DNA of 25,011 nucleotides, from IMG/VR virus record IMGVR_UViG_3300023284_002989; one strand, given 5' to 3'. Source of the DNA: a virus. The position numbers and the translations under genes are program-made. The notes beneath the pieces were generated by a model. The model was not told where the DNA came from, searched no databases, and saw only the letters and a program-made list of their open reading frames with translations. Below are positions 1-8,139 of this stretch, piece by piece (the stretch's first letter is position 1; each line of letters begins with the position of its first letter).

Positions 1-2
1 AG

Positions 3-386
3 TTGCCAACAAAGGGTCCGCTGCCACCTGGGAAGTACAAGAGCAGGGACGGGCACCTGCTCTTCGTGCAAGAGGACGGGCAGGTACACGGCGATGGGAA
101 GTGGTGGCAAAAGGAGCCTTTCAACCCGATGTGGGATTTGCTTCACCGTGGTGCCGTTTCCTTCACCCTCATTCAGCCAGTTGCTGACGAGGTTATTGAC
201 ACGGTATGGCGTAGCGAGTGTGGAGACATACTTCGGATTGTCCGTGCAGACGACAAGCACATCTCTGTCGAGTCAATCGAACTCGCAGAAGCGGAGGTGG
301 GTTACGTCCACGATCTAGACGGCACCATCCCATTCACACGCGACGTGTTGGATTGCTGGGAGCCTGTCGAGACAATGGAGCTGTGA
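3..386 (+). CDS. hypothetical protein, possibly 5'-truncated at window edge; ETMEL C-terminal tag
   Basis: The frame is open from the window edge, and TTG at 3 is only the first possible start. It ends ...CWEPVETMEL-TGA. The stop overlaps the next start (GTGA). Confidence 0.6.
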   Translation: MPTKGPLPPGKYKSRDGHLLFVQEDGQVHGDGKWWQKEPFNPMWDLLHRGAVSFTLIQPVADEVIDTVWRSECGDILRIVRADDKHISVESIELAEAEVGYVHDLDGTIPFTRDVLDCWEPVETMEL

Positions 387-685
387 CCTTCCAGGAACTC
401 AAACCCTGTCCCGGGTGTGGGAAGACTGAGGCTGTGGTTGTGGATCAGCTCGTGATCCGCAGCAAAGGTGGCAGCTTCGATTTCACTGTCCGGTGTGGGG
501 ACATTCGAATCGAACAGGTCAACGGGTGTGGGTGGATCGGCCCGACCTACACCGACCGGGAAAAGGCGATTGAAGCCTGGAACAAACGGTGGGAGTCTGG
601 GGAATTGGACCAAGAAGAACGGGATTTGCTCACGTCATACCGCAACCGTGGTCCTGCGGCTGGTGGTCCCGGACCCAGAGTCTGA
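383..685 (+). CDS. Lar-family restriction-alleviation-like zinc-ribbon protein
   Basis: GTG at 383 overlaps the upstream TGA. The translation TFQELKPCPGCGK...VRCGD...GCGWIGPTYTDREKAIEAWNKRWE matches the remembered Lar signature (LKPCPFCG ... C..CG ... EAI.AWNRR). Confidence 0.7.
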   Translation: MTFQELKPCPGCGKTEAVVVDQLVIRSKGGSFDFTVRCGDIRIEQVNGCGWIGPTYTDREKAIEAWNKRWESGELDQEERDLLTSYRNRGPAAGGPGPRV

Positions 686-900
686 TGAGTCGTGAAGCGT
701 GCACATCTTGTGGGACGGTGGTGAGCACCACTGCAGATCCGAACCCACATGAGGGGTACTTCATCTCGCTGGAGCAGGCGGAAGAATTGGATGTGGAGCA
801 ACACTACCGAGAGTTCGGGCAGTTCCCACGTGGGTGGATGGCAAAGCACGCGATTCCGGTAGTGCTGTGCGAGCCCTGTCGGCAGAGGTTGGCTCGATGA
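685..900 (+). CDS. small zinc-ribbon-like protein
   Basis: ATG at 685 overlaps the upstream stop (TGATG). CTSC and CEPC pairs in 71 aa. Confidence 0.6.
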   Translation: MSREACTSCGTVVSTTADPNPHEGYFISLEQAEELDVEQHYREFGQFPRGWMAKHAIPVVLCEPCRQRLAR

Positions 901-1133
901 AAAAGCAGGTCAAGTGCAGCGTTCCCGGGTGCCTCCAGACGGCATGGTGCCCGAAGAAGGTAATGCGTGAGGGCAAGCCTGTGTTCGGGGTGCCCAACGG
1001 GTGGTACGCGGTGGTCCAGAAACCTCTACTGGATAATACGGACATCGATGGTGACCCGATTCAGGCGACCAGCAATGTCCACTGGTATTGCCCCCAGCAT
1101 GGCAGCCACGCAACCCGCGACGCAGAGAACTGA
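897..1133 (+). CDS. small Cys/His-rich protein
   Basis: ATGA overlap with the upstream stop. Contains KCSVPGC ... WYCPQH. 78 aa. Confidence 0.6.
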   Translation: MKKQVKCSVPGCLQTAWCPKKVMREGKPVFGVPNGWYAVVQKPLLDNTDIDGDPIQATSNVHWYCPQHGSHATRDAEN

Positions 1134-1139
1134 CGCATT

Positions 1140-1427
1140 ATGTCTTGGCGAGTAACACGACCAGTGTCATTGTGGAATCCAATGGGGTATAGCGCGCGTC
1201 AGATTCACGACCTTGCCATTCAGCGTTGGATTCTGCGTACTCCAGTCGAGGAATTGGCACAGCACGTCTTCGAGGGGGTGGATCTCGACAAGCCTCCAGT
1301 TCACCTGATCATCCCACCCCCACCAGGGTTCCTGGCTGCACGTAGACTCAAGGAGCTGGAACAGACAGTGTCGAACATGCTGCCCGTGACGAAGACCCCC
1401 AGCGAGGGAATGCCTTTCAGGATGTGA
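1140..1427 (+). CDS. hypothetical protein
   Basis: ATG-initiated ORF of 95 aa in the same-strand gene train. No family recognised. Confidence 0.6.
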   Translation: MSWRVTRPVSLWNPMGYSARQIHDLAIQRWILRTPVEELAQHVFEGVDLDKPPVHLIIPPPPGFLAARRLKELEQTVSNMLPVTKTPSEGMPFRM

Positions 1428-1681
1428 TGAGCAGCCCACGAGTAATCCCCCAGCGCCAGAAGGGTCTGGCGGGTGATCCGATCTTGGCTCCGAGCTGGTA
1501 TCTCATGTCCCCGGGTCATATTCTGTTGACCTGCTTCAACGGCCACACCTATCGCCTCGATCACGAGATCACTGTGGATGGGACTGTGCAGCCGTCTGTG
1601 GACTGCCCGGAGGACGGGTGTGATTTCCACGAGTTCGTGCGTCTTGAGTGTTGGGTCACCAGGGACAGGGTGTGGAAATGA
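1427..1681 (+). CDS. hypothetical protein
   Basis: ATG at 1427 overlaps the upstream TGA (TGATG); GTG at 1424 is the alternative. 84 aa. Confidence 0.6.
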   Translation: MSSPRVIPQRQKGLAGDPILAPSWYLMSPGHILLTCFNGHTYRLDHEITVDGTVQPSVDCPEDGCDFHEFVRLECWVTRDRVWK

Positions 1682-1902
1682 AGAGACCAGCACATTGCGG
1701 CAATTGCGGCAACTGCGGGACGCTGTATGTTCGTTTTGTCTGCTCGAAGTGTGAACCGGTGGCTTGCAAGTGCTGTTTGGAGCCGGTTGAGGAACGGAGC
1801 GGTTCCGGTTTCAAATACTGGGCGCATCGCTTCATATCGAATTGCCCCTGGCTTGGGTACACACTTACCAGGGGTGAAGTGATCGAGGTCATGGAGCTGT
1901 AA
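1678..1902 (+). CDS. Cys-rich small protein with EVMEL C-terminal tag
   Basis: ATGA overlap. Contains HCGNCGNCG...CSKCEPVACKCC and ends ...TLTRGEVIEVMEL-TAA. Confidence 0.65.
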   Translation: MKRPAHCGNCGNCGTLYVRFVCSKCEPVACKCCLEPVEERSGSGFKYWAHRFISNCPWLGYTLTRGEVIEVMEL

Positions 1903-1914
1903 GGGAGATTACAA

Positions 1915-2280
1915 ATGAGTAATTGGGGAAGTGTCGAACCATTGGTCGAGAAGAACCACGTCTGCAAGGGGCTGGAGGATGAGCCCTGGTTTCGCATCAT
2001 CCAAGACGACGGGTGCTACATGCTGCTGCTGCACGTCCCAGACGACCCGAAGTATCCGGACGGGTGGCGGAACACCGATTGGATCTTCCCCGAGGCGTTT
2101 GACGAGCTGGTGAAGCTGCCCAGACCACGCGGTGCGATATATGACATCACGCGTGACGGTCCCCTGCCCGCAGGTAAGGATCACCACATCGGGTCGTTGG
2201 TTGCGCAGCGGCATGCCGACAACGAAAAAGACCGAGCTGAGATCGAGCGACGGTTGAAAGCCGAGAGCGATGGGAACTGA
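1915..2280 (+). CDS. hypothetical protein
   Basis: ATG preceded by the RBS cassette TAAGGGAGATTACAAATG. 121 aa. The stop lies inside the next gene's ATGGGAACTGA start motif. Confidence 0.65.
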   Translation: MSNWGSVEPLVEKNHVCKGLEDEPWFRIIQDDGCYMLLLHVPDDPKYPDGWRNTDWIFPEAFDELVKLPRPRGAIYDITRDGPLPAGKDHHIGSLVAQRHADNEKDRAEIERRLKAESDGN

Positions 2281-2545
2281 AACTCTGAAACCAGAGGTTG
2301 TTGACGCTGTGTGCAAGAACTACAGGGATCCAGGTGCGCCCGAATGTGCGAAGGCTCCAGATCCGAAGTACACCATGCGGTTTGATGACATCGGAAAGCC
2401 CCCGATCTACTGGTGTTCGGTGTGTGGCCCGGAGGCCAGCGCAATGGACAAGGCTCTGAATCGGGCGTTTGCCGCTGGTGGGCAGAAGTTCGTCGACAAG
2501 TTCCAGAAGGCGATGGACGACCATCCGTGTAAACATGGGAACTGA
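2270..2545 (+). CDS. MGTET-start small Cys-containing protein
   Basis: Starts ATGGGAACTGAAACT (MGTETL) with an 11-nt overlap on the upstream gene. Contains a CSVCG motif. 91 aa. Confidence 0.65.
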   Translation: MGTETLKPEVVDAVCKNYRDPGAPECAKAPDPKYTMRFDDIGKPPIYWCSVCGPEASAMDKALNRAFAAGGQKFVDKFQKAMDDHPCKHGN

Positions 2546-2750
2546 GACTGACCTACGAAAACATCCTGACGCGGTCAAGTGTGCCCATTGTGGTCGGGAG
2601 CTTGGGCATGTTGGCGGGTTCTGCCTGGGTCGGGATCTGTTGCCGATGTTCGAGCATCCAGAGGTTGTGCCCTTGAAGCCGCCCCGAATATTCTGTGGCC
2701 TGTGCGTTATCGTGCCGGGCTGGACAATACTGTTGGAGGAAATTCAATGA
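2535..2750 (+). CDS. MGTET-start zinc-ribbon-like protein
   Basis: Internal ATG at 2535 of track ORF 2469-2750, chosen because it recreates the ATGGGAACTGAGACTGA start and the 11-nt overlap. Contains KCAHCG...FCGLC. Confidence 0.6.
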   Translation: MGTETDLRKHPDAVKCAHCGRELGHVGGFCLGRDLLPMFEHPEVVPLKPPRIFCGLCVIVPGWTILLEEIQ

Positions 2751-3175
2751 ATAGTTGGTCGGATCTCGAAAAGAAGAACTTATCACCAGAGCAGATCGCA
2801 GAAGCCGAACGAGAAGCAACGGCTATCGCAGCTGAGATTGACAAGCTGTCGCGGAAACGGATTGCGGAGTCGATTGCGCATCACGAGGGGAAACTGACTG
2901 AGGCGCAGCAAGCTGGGGATGAGCTGAAGGCTGCCAGGCGAGAGGGTGCGATTTCTGCCCTGAGCTGGGTTCAGATGCTTGAGTATGAGCCTGAAGAATC
3001 ACGCAGGGGACTGGAAGAGCGTGTGTGCGACCGCGTGATGTTCGAGTGTCGACGGTCGGGTATCAGTGAAGGTAAAGAGAGGGTTCTCGTGGGGGCAGTG
3101 CGAAGTGCATTCCAGCCGGATCCCCCTGGACCTCCGAACCCTCCACTTCCTCCCCGCAGCATGCCTGTGGGCTGA
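2747..3175 (+). CDS. coiled-coil protein with Pro-rich C-terminus
   Basis: ATGA overlap at 2747. E/A/K-rich helical sequence followed by PDPPGPPNPPLPP. 142 aa. Confidence 0.6.
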   Translation: MNSWSDLEKKNLSPEQIAEAEREATAIAAEIDKLSRKRIAESIAHHEGKLTEAQQAGDELKAARREGAISALSWVQMLEYEPEESRRGLEERVCDRVMFECRRSGISEGKERVLVGAVRSAFQPDPPGPPNPPLPPRSMPVG

Positions 3176-3381
3176 TGGGAACTGAGACTGATCAGGTACT
3201 GGTGCCTGTGTCGCGGTGCGATCATTGCCATTTCATGGACAAGCGGGAGGTGGAGGGAGACCAGGAGCATTGGATTTGCATGAAGGTCCCAATCTCAGGA
3301 GACGATGAAAGCACTGCTCTGATCGGCATTCGCAAGTGGGGGGACTACCCTGCGATCCCAGACTGGTGCCCGTTTCGGTGA
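3175..3381 (+). CDS. MGTET-start Cys/His-rich small protein
   Basis: TGATG overlap. Starts ATGGGAACTGAGACTGA (MGTETD). Contains RCDHCH ... WCPF. 68 aa. Confidence 0.65.
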   Translation: MGTETDQVLVPVSRCDHCHFMDKREVEGDQEHWICMKVPISGDDESTALIGIRKWGDYPAIPDWCPFR

Positions 3382-3566
3382 CGCGGGCACAGAAATGGCA
3401 GCAGTGGATCGAGCAGTGGACCGAGCTGCATGAGTACCTGGCCTGGGTGATGAAGAGGGCTGCGTACTCGATTGAGGACAAGGATCCCAAAGAGATACGA
3501 GATCAGTGGATGGAGGAAATGCATGAGGCAGCTGCAGACTGGGATGAATTTCTGTCCCACAGGTGA
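3378..3566 (+). CDS. hypothetical W/E-rich helical protein
   Basis: GTG at 3378 overlaps the upstream TGA (GTGA); the track start at 3336 would overlap by 46 nt. 62 aa. Followed by a terminator. Confidence 0.5.
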   Translation: MTRAQKWQQWIEQWTELHEYLAWVMKRAAYSIEDKDPKEIRDQWMEEMHEAAADWDEFLSHR

Positions 3567-3624
3567 GAAAGAAATTCCCACGGATGGGAATGTTTTTCCT
3601 GTGGGTGGGACAGTTTTTCTCTTT
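3552..3624 (+). terminator. compound intrinsic terminator
   Basis: Inner hairpin ATTCCCA-cgga-TGGGAAT (3574-3591) is followed by GTTTTT. Outer stem CTGTCCCAC (3552-3560) pairs with GTGGGACAG (3605-3613) and is followed by TTTTTCTCTTT. Confidence 0.6.
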
Positions 3625-3651
3625 CGATCCCACCTGCGGGTGTGGTAAGTT
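3622..3651 (+). promoter_or_regulatory. conserved promoter cassette, copy P1
   Basis: -35 TTTCGA (3622-3627), 18-nt spacer ending GTGG, -10 TAAGTT (3646-3651). ATG at 3660, only 8 nt past the -10. Aligns with P2-P5. Confidence 0.6.
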
Positions 3652-3659
3652 CTCTCTTG

Positions 3660-3896
3660 ATGTCTGAGACTGGTAAATTGGATTCTAATGTGGTGCGTGA
3701 CTTTCCTGTGGGAGCACAACTGCGGTACAAGAAGTCACGTTTGCGAGGGAGTAACGTCCACTGTAACGTTATGCGGCATTTCCTCGATCCAAACAAAAAG
3801 CACTACGTCGAATTGCACTGGAGCACCGGGGAAAAGAATAATTGGTCGGCAGGAGGGGTTGTCAGCGATCTGCAGACAGAGACGATGGAGTTTTGA
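3660..3896 (+). CDS. PVG-family small protein #1 (ETMEF tag)
   Basis: ATG at 3660 (MSETGKL...). VVRDFPVGAQL...HCNVMRHF...ELHWSTGEKNNWSAGGVVSDLQTETMEF. Closest paralog is 6031-6264. Confidence 0.7.
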   Translation: MSETGKLDSNVVRDFPVGAQLRYKKSRLRGSNVHCNVMRHFLDPNKKHYVELHWSTGEKNNWSAGGVVSDLQTETMEF

Positions 3897-4213
3897 TGTC
3901 AGACGCAACTGTCACGAGGTTGTCCGTTACAAAGGACCGCGCCAAAGCCCTTGGGCAGTGGGTAGAGGAATTGTCACACGACCCGGTGCGGACAGAACTG
4001 TTCAAGCTGGGGTTCACCCCCTTCCAGTTCCACTACACGGCGTTCGACGGGAGCATGTTGTCTGTGTCGCCCGATTATGCCGAAGAGCCGGTCTGGCATG
4101 TGTGCTGGGACGAAAATGAGGGGGATGGGGGGATATTTGTCCGAGTACACACCGACGAGTTGGTGGATTTCCTTGCGGTGCGCATCAAGGAAATGGAGTC
4201 GTCGAGGAAGTGA
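3896..4213 (+). CDS. hypothetical protein
   Basis: ATG at 3896 overlaps the upstream TGA (TGATG). 105 aa. No family recognised. Confidence 0.6.
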   Translation: MSDATVTRLSVTKDRAKALGQWVEELSHDPVRTELFKLGFTPFQFHYTAFDGSMLSVSPDYAEEPVWHVCWDENEGDGGIFVRVHTDELVDFLAVRIKEMESSRK

Positions 4214-4392
4214 AATGGAAGGTCCGCGTATGGTGCAACGACTGTGGTTTCGGGCAGGACCCCATGGGCTGCTTCGAGGGGGGTAGTGAGGTGCTGGACG
4301 AGGTGTTCGAGACTGTGGAGGTGGCAGAGGACGCCGGGAGCGACTACTGCAAGTGTTCCACGTGGGATTTCGAGCTTTTGGAGGAACAGTGA
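4210..4392 (+). CDS. small acidic Cys-containing protein
   Basis: GTG overlaps the upstream TGA (GTGA). Contains WCNDCG ... YCKCS. 60 aa. Confidence 0.55.
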   Translation: MKWKVRVWCNDCGFGQDPMGCFEGGSEVLDEVFETVEVAEDAGSDYCKCSTWDFELLEEQ

Positions 4393-4667
4393 AGCACCTG
4401 TCAGGTTGCAAATGGTACGCTGCGGCAGCATGCCCTGTAGCGGTGTCGTGTGATGCGCACGGGCACGATGTCTGCCCGGAGTGCGATCCCTGCATCTGCA
4501 GTGGGAAAGCATTCCTCGTGCGTGTCTGCAACACGTGCAGCAAGGAAGTCTTGCCCGTTGAAGAATGTGACGGTCGGGTGTTCTACGAACACATTTCGCC
4601 TTCACCAAAGTGTTGGATCGAATTGGTCAATGACGACACCACGTTTGTTGAGACGATGGACCTGTGA
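4389..4667 (+). CDS. Cys-rich small protein with ETMDL C-terminal tag
   Basis: GTG at 4389 overlaps the upstream TGA. At least 12 Cys (CPECDPCICS, CNTCS). Ends ...TTFVETMDL-TGA. Confidence 0.6.
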   Translation: MKHLSGCKWYAAAACPVAVSCDAHGHDVCPECDPCICSGKAFLVRVCNTCSKEVLPVEECDGRVFYEHISPSPKCWIELVNDDTTFVETMDL

Positions 4668-4951
4668 GGGTCAAACCCATACCGATGAGGACGCAGGAGC
4701 AAGCTCAACAGGGCTGCTATCGCAAGAGCGGGTACGCCTCTCTGGAATCGGCAAGGGTTGCTGCATCGCACAAGAGTGGAACCAGTTACGCCTACCGGTG
4801 TGGGCTGTGTGGGGACTGGCATCTGACTTCACAGCGTCCCAGCAAGGGCAAGATCGTCAGATCCAGGAGGCGCAGGAAAAGTAAGCAAGACCACAGTCTG
4901 CGGCAGTCGCTTGGTGACTCTTTGCGTAGTTTGACTAGTGACACCAAGTGA
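4664..4951 (+). CDS. small basic protein with CxxC-WHLT motif
   Basis: GTG overlaps the upstream TGA. Contains AYRCGLCGDWHLTSQ followed by a K/R-rich tail. 95 aa. Confidence 0.6.
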   Translation: MRVKPIPMRTQEQAQQGCYRKSGYASLESARVAASHKSGTSYAYRCGLCGDWHLTSQRPSKGKIVRSRRRRKSKQDHSLRQSLGDSLRSLTSDTK

Positions 4952-4970
4952 CTGGCAGTAGAGTCCCATA

Positions 4971-5225
4971 ATGAAACGTCGATCCATTCTCGGTGCTGCC
5001 CTTGCGGCGATTGCGCTTCCATTCCAGAAGCTGTTCAGGCGTAAGCCACGTGACATTGTGTTTCCTGTCATTCGCAACGCAGATTACGGAATGTCGATGG
5101 ACGAGATCATGCGGGATGTGCATTTCGATATGCAGCACATCTACGATTGGAAAGCGCGCCAAACAACCGACAAGGACAAGCTGTTAGACGACAAAGATGC
5201 GGTGTGCACGGTCTTCAAGGTCTGA
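4971..5225 (+). CDS. small exported protein, twin-arginine-like signal
   Basis: N-terminus MKRRSILGAALAAIALP (RR plus a hydrophobic h-region). 84 aa. Confidence 0.65.
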   Translation: MKRRSILGAALAAIALPFQKLFRRKPRDIVFPVIRNADYGMSMDEIMRDVHFDMQHIYDWKARQTTDKDKLLDDKDAVCTVFKV

Positions 5226-5354
5226 TACAGTGGGGCCAATCCGGTGAGGTTCTGCCTCGATTGCCTTGCCGGGGTTGTCTACAGGGTGAGGTGACTCTGA
5301 GACGACACAGGTTGTGCTTCCAGACGTGGAAGGCAATCCTGTGATTACAATCCA

Positions 5355-5397
5355 CAGGGTCCCTCTACCAATTCCAAGAGGGACCCTGTTTTCTCTT
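5355..5397 (+). terminator. rho-independent terminator
   Basis: Perfect 12-bp stem CAGGGTCCCTCT (5355-5366) / AGAGGGACCCTG (5377-5388) with a 10-nt loop, followed by TTTTCTCTT. Confidence 0.8.
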
Positions 5398-5425
5398 GCG
5401 GACACATTTGCGGAGGTGGTAGGTT
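5396..5425 (+). promoter_or_regulatory. conserved promoter cassette, copy P2
   Basis: -35 TTGCGG, 18-nt spacer ending GTGG, -10 TAGGTT (5420-5425). ATG at 5432, only 6 nt past the -10 (leaderless geometry). Confidence 0.65.
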
Positions 5426-5431
5426 GTGGCG

Positions 5432-6013
5432 ATGGGAAATGAAATTGGAAGACGCGCTGTTCTAAAAGGGGCTACGTTGGGTGCTGCCGCTATCGCTGCA
5501 GCACCTGCAATTGCTGCAGAGCAAGAAAACCCCTACCGCCTCAAAGTCACGAAGAAAGACGGCAAGACCCACATCTCCGGATTGCTGATCCGGCGTGGGG
5601 AGGTGTGGCCCAACGGTGATGTCATCTCACCCGAGTGCGAGATCGATACCTCCGGGTTGGTTGCGCGTGGATGGGCACATTTGGGAAGGCGTGCTGTATC
5701 CGGGCAGATTGTCGGGGAGCCGATTGCCTGTGTCGAAGATACAAACCCACCAGGCGATGTTCGGCTGACGTGTCTCCTGTACAGCGGTGTTCCTGCTGGC
5801 GAGGCGTTGCTCGCTCTGTACGATGCGGGCGAGCCGATTGTCTACGGGCCTATCGGTACCATCACGGGTGCTCACTGTGACGGGGTAGGGTACGCTGTCC
5901 GAGACAGCATTCGCGTCAACAGCGTCCAGTTCCTTTCCCACCTGGGAAGTCGTGCTGCACCCACCCGGTTGCACAAGATTGCCATCCCACGGCGGTGGCC
6001 GGATTGGTTCTGA
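5432..6013 (+). CDS. exported protein, twin-arginine-like signal
   Basis: ATG at 5432 (the track GTG at 5426 lies inside the promoter). MGNEIGRRAVLKGATLGAAAIAAAPAIAAE. 193 aa. Confidence 0.7.
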   Translation: MGNEIGRRAVLKGATLGAAAIAAAPAIAAEQENPYRLKVTKKDGKTHISGLLIRRGEVWPNGDVISPECEIDTSGLVARGWAHLGRRAVSGQIVGEPIACVEDTNPPGDVRLTCLLYSGVPAGEALLALYDAGEPIVYGPIGTITGAHCDGVGYAVRDSIRVNSVQFLSHLGSRAAPTRLHKIAIPRRWPDWF

Positions 6014-6030
6014 TCGAGCCTGGGGTAATT

Positions 6031-6264
6031 GTGGGAACTAAGACTGGGAAATTGAATCTCGATATCGTGCGTGACTACCCGGTAGGGGCGCGGTTAGGCA
6101 AGGAGTCAGGTATTGGTAAAGGGCTGCACTGCAATGTACTGCGGCATTTTATCAGTAGCTACGGTACTCACGAGATCGAGTTGCAGTGGAGCAACGGAGA
6201 CAAGAACAGTTGGACTGCGGTGGGGGTTGCCAAAGATCTGCAGGCAGAGACGCTGGAGTTCTGA
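6031..6264 (+). CDS. PVG-family small protein #2 (ETLEF tag)
   Basis: GTG at 6031 was chosen by analogy with paralog 3660 (GTKTGKL vs SETGKL); the track start is 5995. IVRDYPVGARL...HCNVLRHF...LQWSNGDKNSWTAVGVAKDLQAETLEF. Confidence 0.65.
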   Translation: MGTKTGKLNLDIVRDYPVGARLGKESGIGKGLHCNVLRHFISSYGTHEIELQWSNGDKNSWTAVGVAKDLQAETLEF

Positions 6265-6407
6265 TGCACTACTGCAAGCTGTGTTTCCAACTCGTCTATC
6301 GGCTTCCCGCCGTGTTCATGACGTACAAGCACCCCAGAGGATCAACCTGTCAGTGGGCAACGCACACTCTCACGAATGCTGAGATCACCGAAGCGATGGA
6401 GTTCTGA
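6264..6407 (+). CDS. 47-aa Cys protein with EAMEF C-terminal tag
   Basis: ATG at 6264 overlaps the upstream TGA (TGATG). MHYCKLC...STCQWATHTLTNAEITEAMEF. The C-terminal 19 aa align with 1678-1902. Confidence 0.55.
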   Translation: MHYCKLCFQLVYRLPAVFMTYKHPRGSTCQWATHTLTNAEITEAMEF

Positions 6408-6409
6408 GA

Positions 6410-6751
6410 ATGAAAAGACGCACTGTGATAAAAGCTGGAGCCGTTGTGGGGGCAGCATTTGTTCTCCCGCAGCAAAAGAAGAAACTTCAGCCCGAGATTG
6501 CGGTGTCCGAGGGTTGGGCTCCCATGCTGCCAATCGATTTCGAGCGGATGAAGAAGGATCGCGGGCAGCATCTTCTCGATTGCGGCCCCGAGATTGCGAA
6601 GCTCACGTCCTTGCGCCGGACGCTGTCTCTCAAGGGCGACAAGCAGGTGGTGGAGATTCGGGCTCGCAAGCATTCCCGTTTCACAATCCTCTGGCCAAAG
6701 GCGCGACCGATCCACTTCATCAAGACGACTGTCAAAATCGAGTGGGTATAA
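6410..6751 (+). CDS. small exported protein, twin-arginine-like signal
   Basis: MKRRTVIKAGAVVGAAFVLP. 113 aa. GGAG lies 8 nt upstream, inside the preceding gene's tag. Confidence 0.7.
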   Translation: MKRRTVIKAGAVVGAAFVLPQQKKKLQPEIAVSEGWAPMLPIDFERMKKDRGQHLLDCGPEIAKLTSLRRTLSLKGDKQVVEIRARKHSRFTILWPKARPIHFIKTTVKIEWV

Positions 6752-6760
6752 GGTAACGAA

Positions 6761-7291
6761 ATGAAACGACGATCGGTGTTGAAAGTGGTGGTGGCAGCCC
6801 CAGTGGCCGTTGCCCTCCCCGGGGTGGCGGTGGCTTCACAGCTTCCACAGACTCGTGGCTCTGGACAAGTATGGGTCTGGATGGCGGGCAGGTTTGTGCT
6901 GCACGGGCGGGAAGAGATCCGCAAGGGGATGCTGTATCTACACACGTGGGGGCACGATCTGTCCTGGGGGCAGCTGTACTGGGCGTTGCAGGATGCCCAG
7001 TGCATAACGTGTGTGTACAAATCAGCACCCCCCACGAGAGCCTGGCTTCTGACTTCGCGTCCCTTGCAGGGACGCAGCCATTCCACTCCGGTCTTCGATG
7101 TCTTGGACATCAACAGGGCTGCCTACTTCGACCGCGATGCCGAGCGGATGATGTGCTCGTGGAACCCGCAGGACAGGGACGCAATCATCGAGATGGCGCG
7201 CAACGACTTCCCGCAGCGGTACGTCAATTGCAAGTGCGGCAAGTTCATGCCCGCTGACAAAACAATGGCTTGCTGCCGCGTCCAGGTGTAG
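6761..7291 (+). CDS. exported protein, twin-arginine-like signal
   Basis: MKRRSVLKVVVAAPVAVALPGVAVA. 176 aa. C-terminal NCKCGKF...ACC. Confidence 0.7.
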   Translation: MKRRSVLKVVVAAPVAVALPGVAVASQLPQTRGSGQVWVWMAGRFVLHGREEIRKGMLYLHTWGHDLSWGQLYWALQDAQCITCVYKSAPPTRAWLLTSRPLQGRSHSTPVFDVLDINRAAYFDRDAERMMCSWNPQDRDAIIEMARNDFPQRYVNCKCGKFMPADKTMACCRVQV

Positions 7292-7295
7292 CTCG

Positions 7296-7556
7296 ATGGC
7301 AAACTCGATTGAAAACAAACTGGACCGCAGAGATATGTTGGAGGTGATGGCGACAGTCCCTGCCCTTGCTGCAGTCCCAACTTTCATGCGGAAGATGGAG
7401 ACTGCAGAGGATCAAAAGAACCTCATTCGGGAAGAAATTGTGTACGCCCGCAAAGATGGGAAGACGGTGCCTGTCAAGTACCGAGCTGTCTACAGCACGG
7501 GCATGACCCGCGAAGTTACTCTCGCCACCGCTAAGGCTGAAGATTTCCCGAGGTAG
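7296..7556 (+). CDS. small protein with degenerate twin-arginine-like N-terminus
   Basis: MANSIENKLDRRDMLEVMATVPALAAVPTF. 86 aa. Preceded by the junction TAGCTCGATGGCAA, which recurs at 7554. Confidence 0.6.
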   Translation: MANSIENKLDRRDMLEVMATVPALAAVPTFMRKMETAEDQKNLIREEIVYARKDGKTVPVKYRAVYSTGMTREVTLATAKAEDFPR

Positions 7557-7560
7557 CTCG

Positions 7561-7884
7561 ATGGCAACTGGTCAGCACGTACTCTTCGAGGAAGAGGGCA
7601 AGAAGCGGAGGAAGGTGATAGGCAGGTGGGGAGACCCGATTCCTGTGAAGCCTGGGGTAGGTAGGGGGAGCAAGCCGGTTCCTGTGAAACCCGTTGAGAT
7701 CACTGTCGGGTCGATCTGGGAAGGGATGGATTCTGGAAGGCATGTCAAGATTTTGTCCTGCGAGGATAAGCGGGTGATGGTGCAGTGCATCAAAAATACT
7801 CGCAATTTGCACTTCACCAACGTTGGGACTACCTGGGAAGAGTTCTCTTTGAACTTCAATACCGTCTACAGACGTATCGAGTAG
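7561..7884 (+). CDS. GQHVLFEE-family protein #1
   Basis: MATGQHVLFEEEGKK...SIWEG...GRHVKILSC...VMVQC...GTTWEEF. Paralog of 10235-10489. Carries an internal PIPVKPG/PVPVKPV duplication. Confidence 0.65.
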   Translation: MATGQHVLFEEEGKKRRKVIGRWGDPIPVKPGVGRGSKPVPVKPVEITVGSIWEGMDSGRHVKILSCEDKRVMVQCIKNTRNLHFTNVGTTWEEFSLNFNTVYRRIE

Positions 7885-7895
7885 GAGATTACGAA

Positions 7896-8135
7896 ATGGA
7901 AACTGAGACTGAGAAACCTGCTGAAGACAAGAAGCATCATCCTGGGGTCACCCACCTGTTGAAGCTCTTCAAGTACGAGCACCTGCCCGACAATCTCAGG
8001 AATGTGTCGGTGCTGTTTTCGGTGCTGGCGAACCACCTCGCAGATGAGCTGCCCAGCAACCCAGAGACGACTGTTGCATTGCGCAAGCTGTTGGAGTCGA
8101 AGGACTGCGCCGTGCGTGCGCTGGTGGTGGGATAG
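7896..8135 (+). CDS. METETE-start hypothetical protein
   Basis: ATG at 7896 preceded by TAGGAGATTACGAAATG (the same RBS cassette as at 1903). 79 aa, helical-looking. Confidence 0.65.
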   Translation: METETEKPAEDKKHHPGVTHLLKLFKYEHLPDNLRNVSVLFSVLANHLADELPSNPETTVALRKLLESKDCAVRALVVG

Positions 8136-8139
8136 GTCC

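Noticed and set aside
5147-5344. 65-aa + strand ORF covering the spacer before P2
   Set aside because: It overlaps the 3' end of gene 4971-5225 by about 80 nt. It has no coupled start and an R/G/C/Q-rich composition. The region is better explained as structured non-coding sequence.
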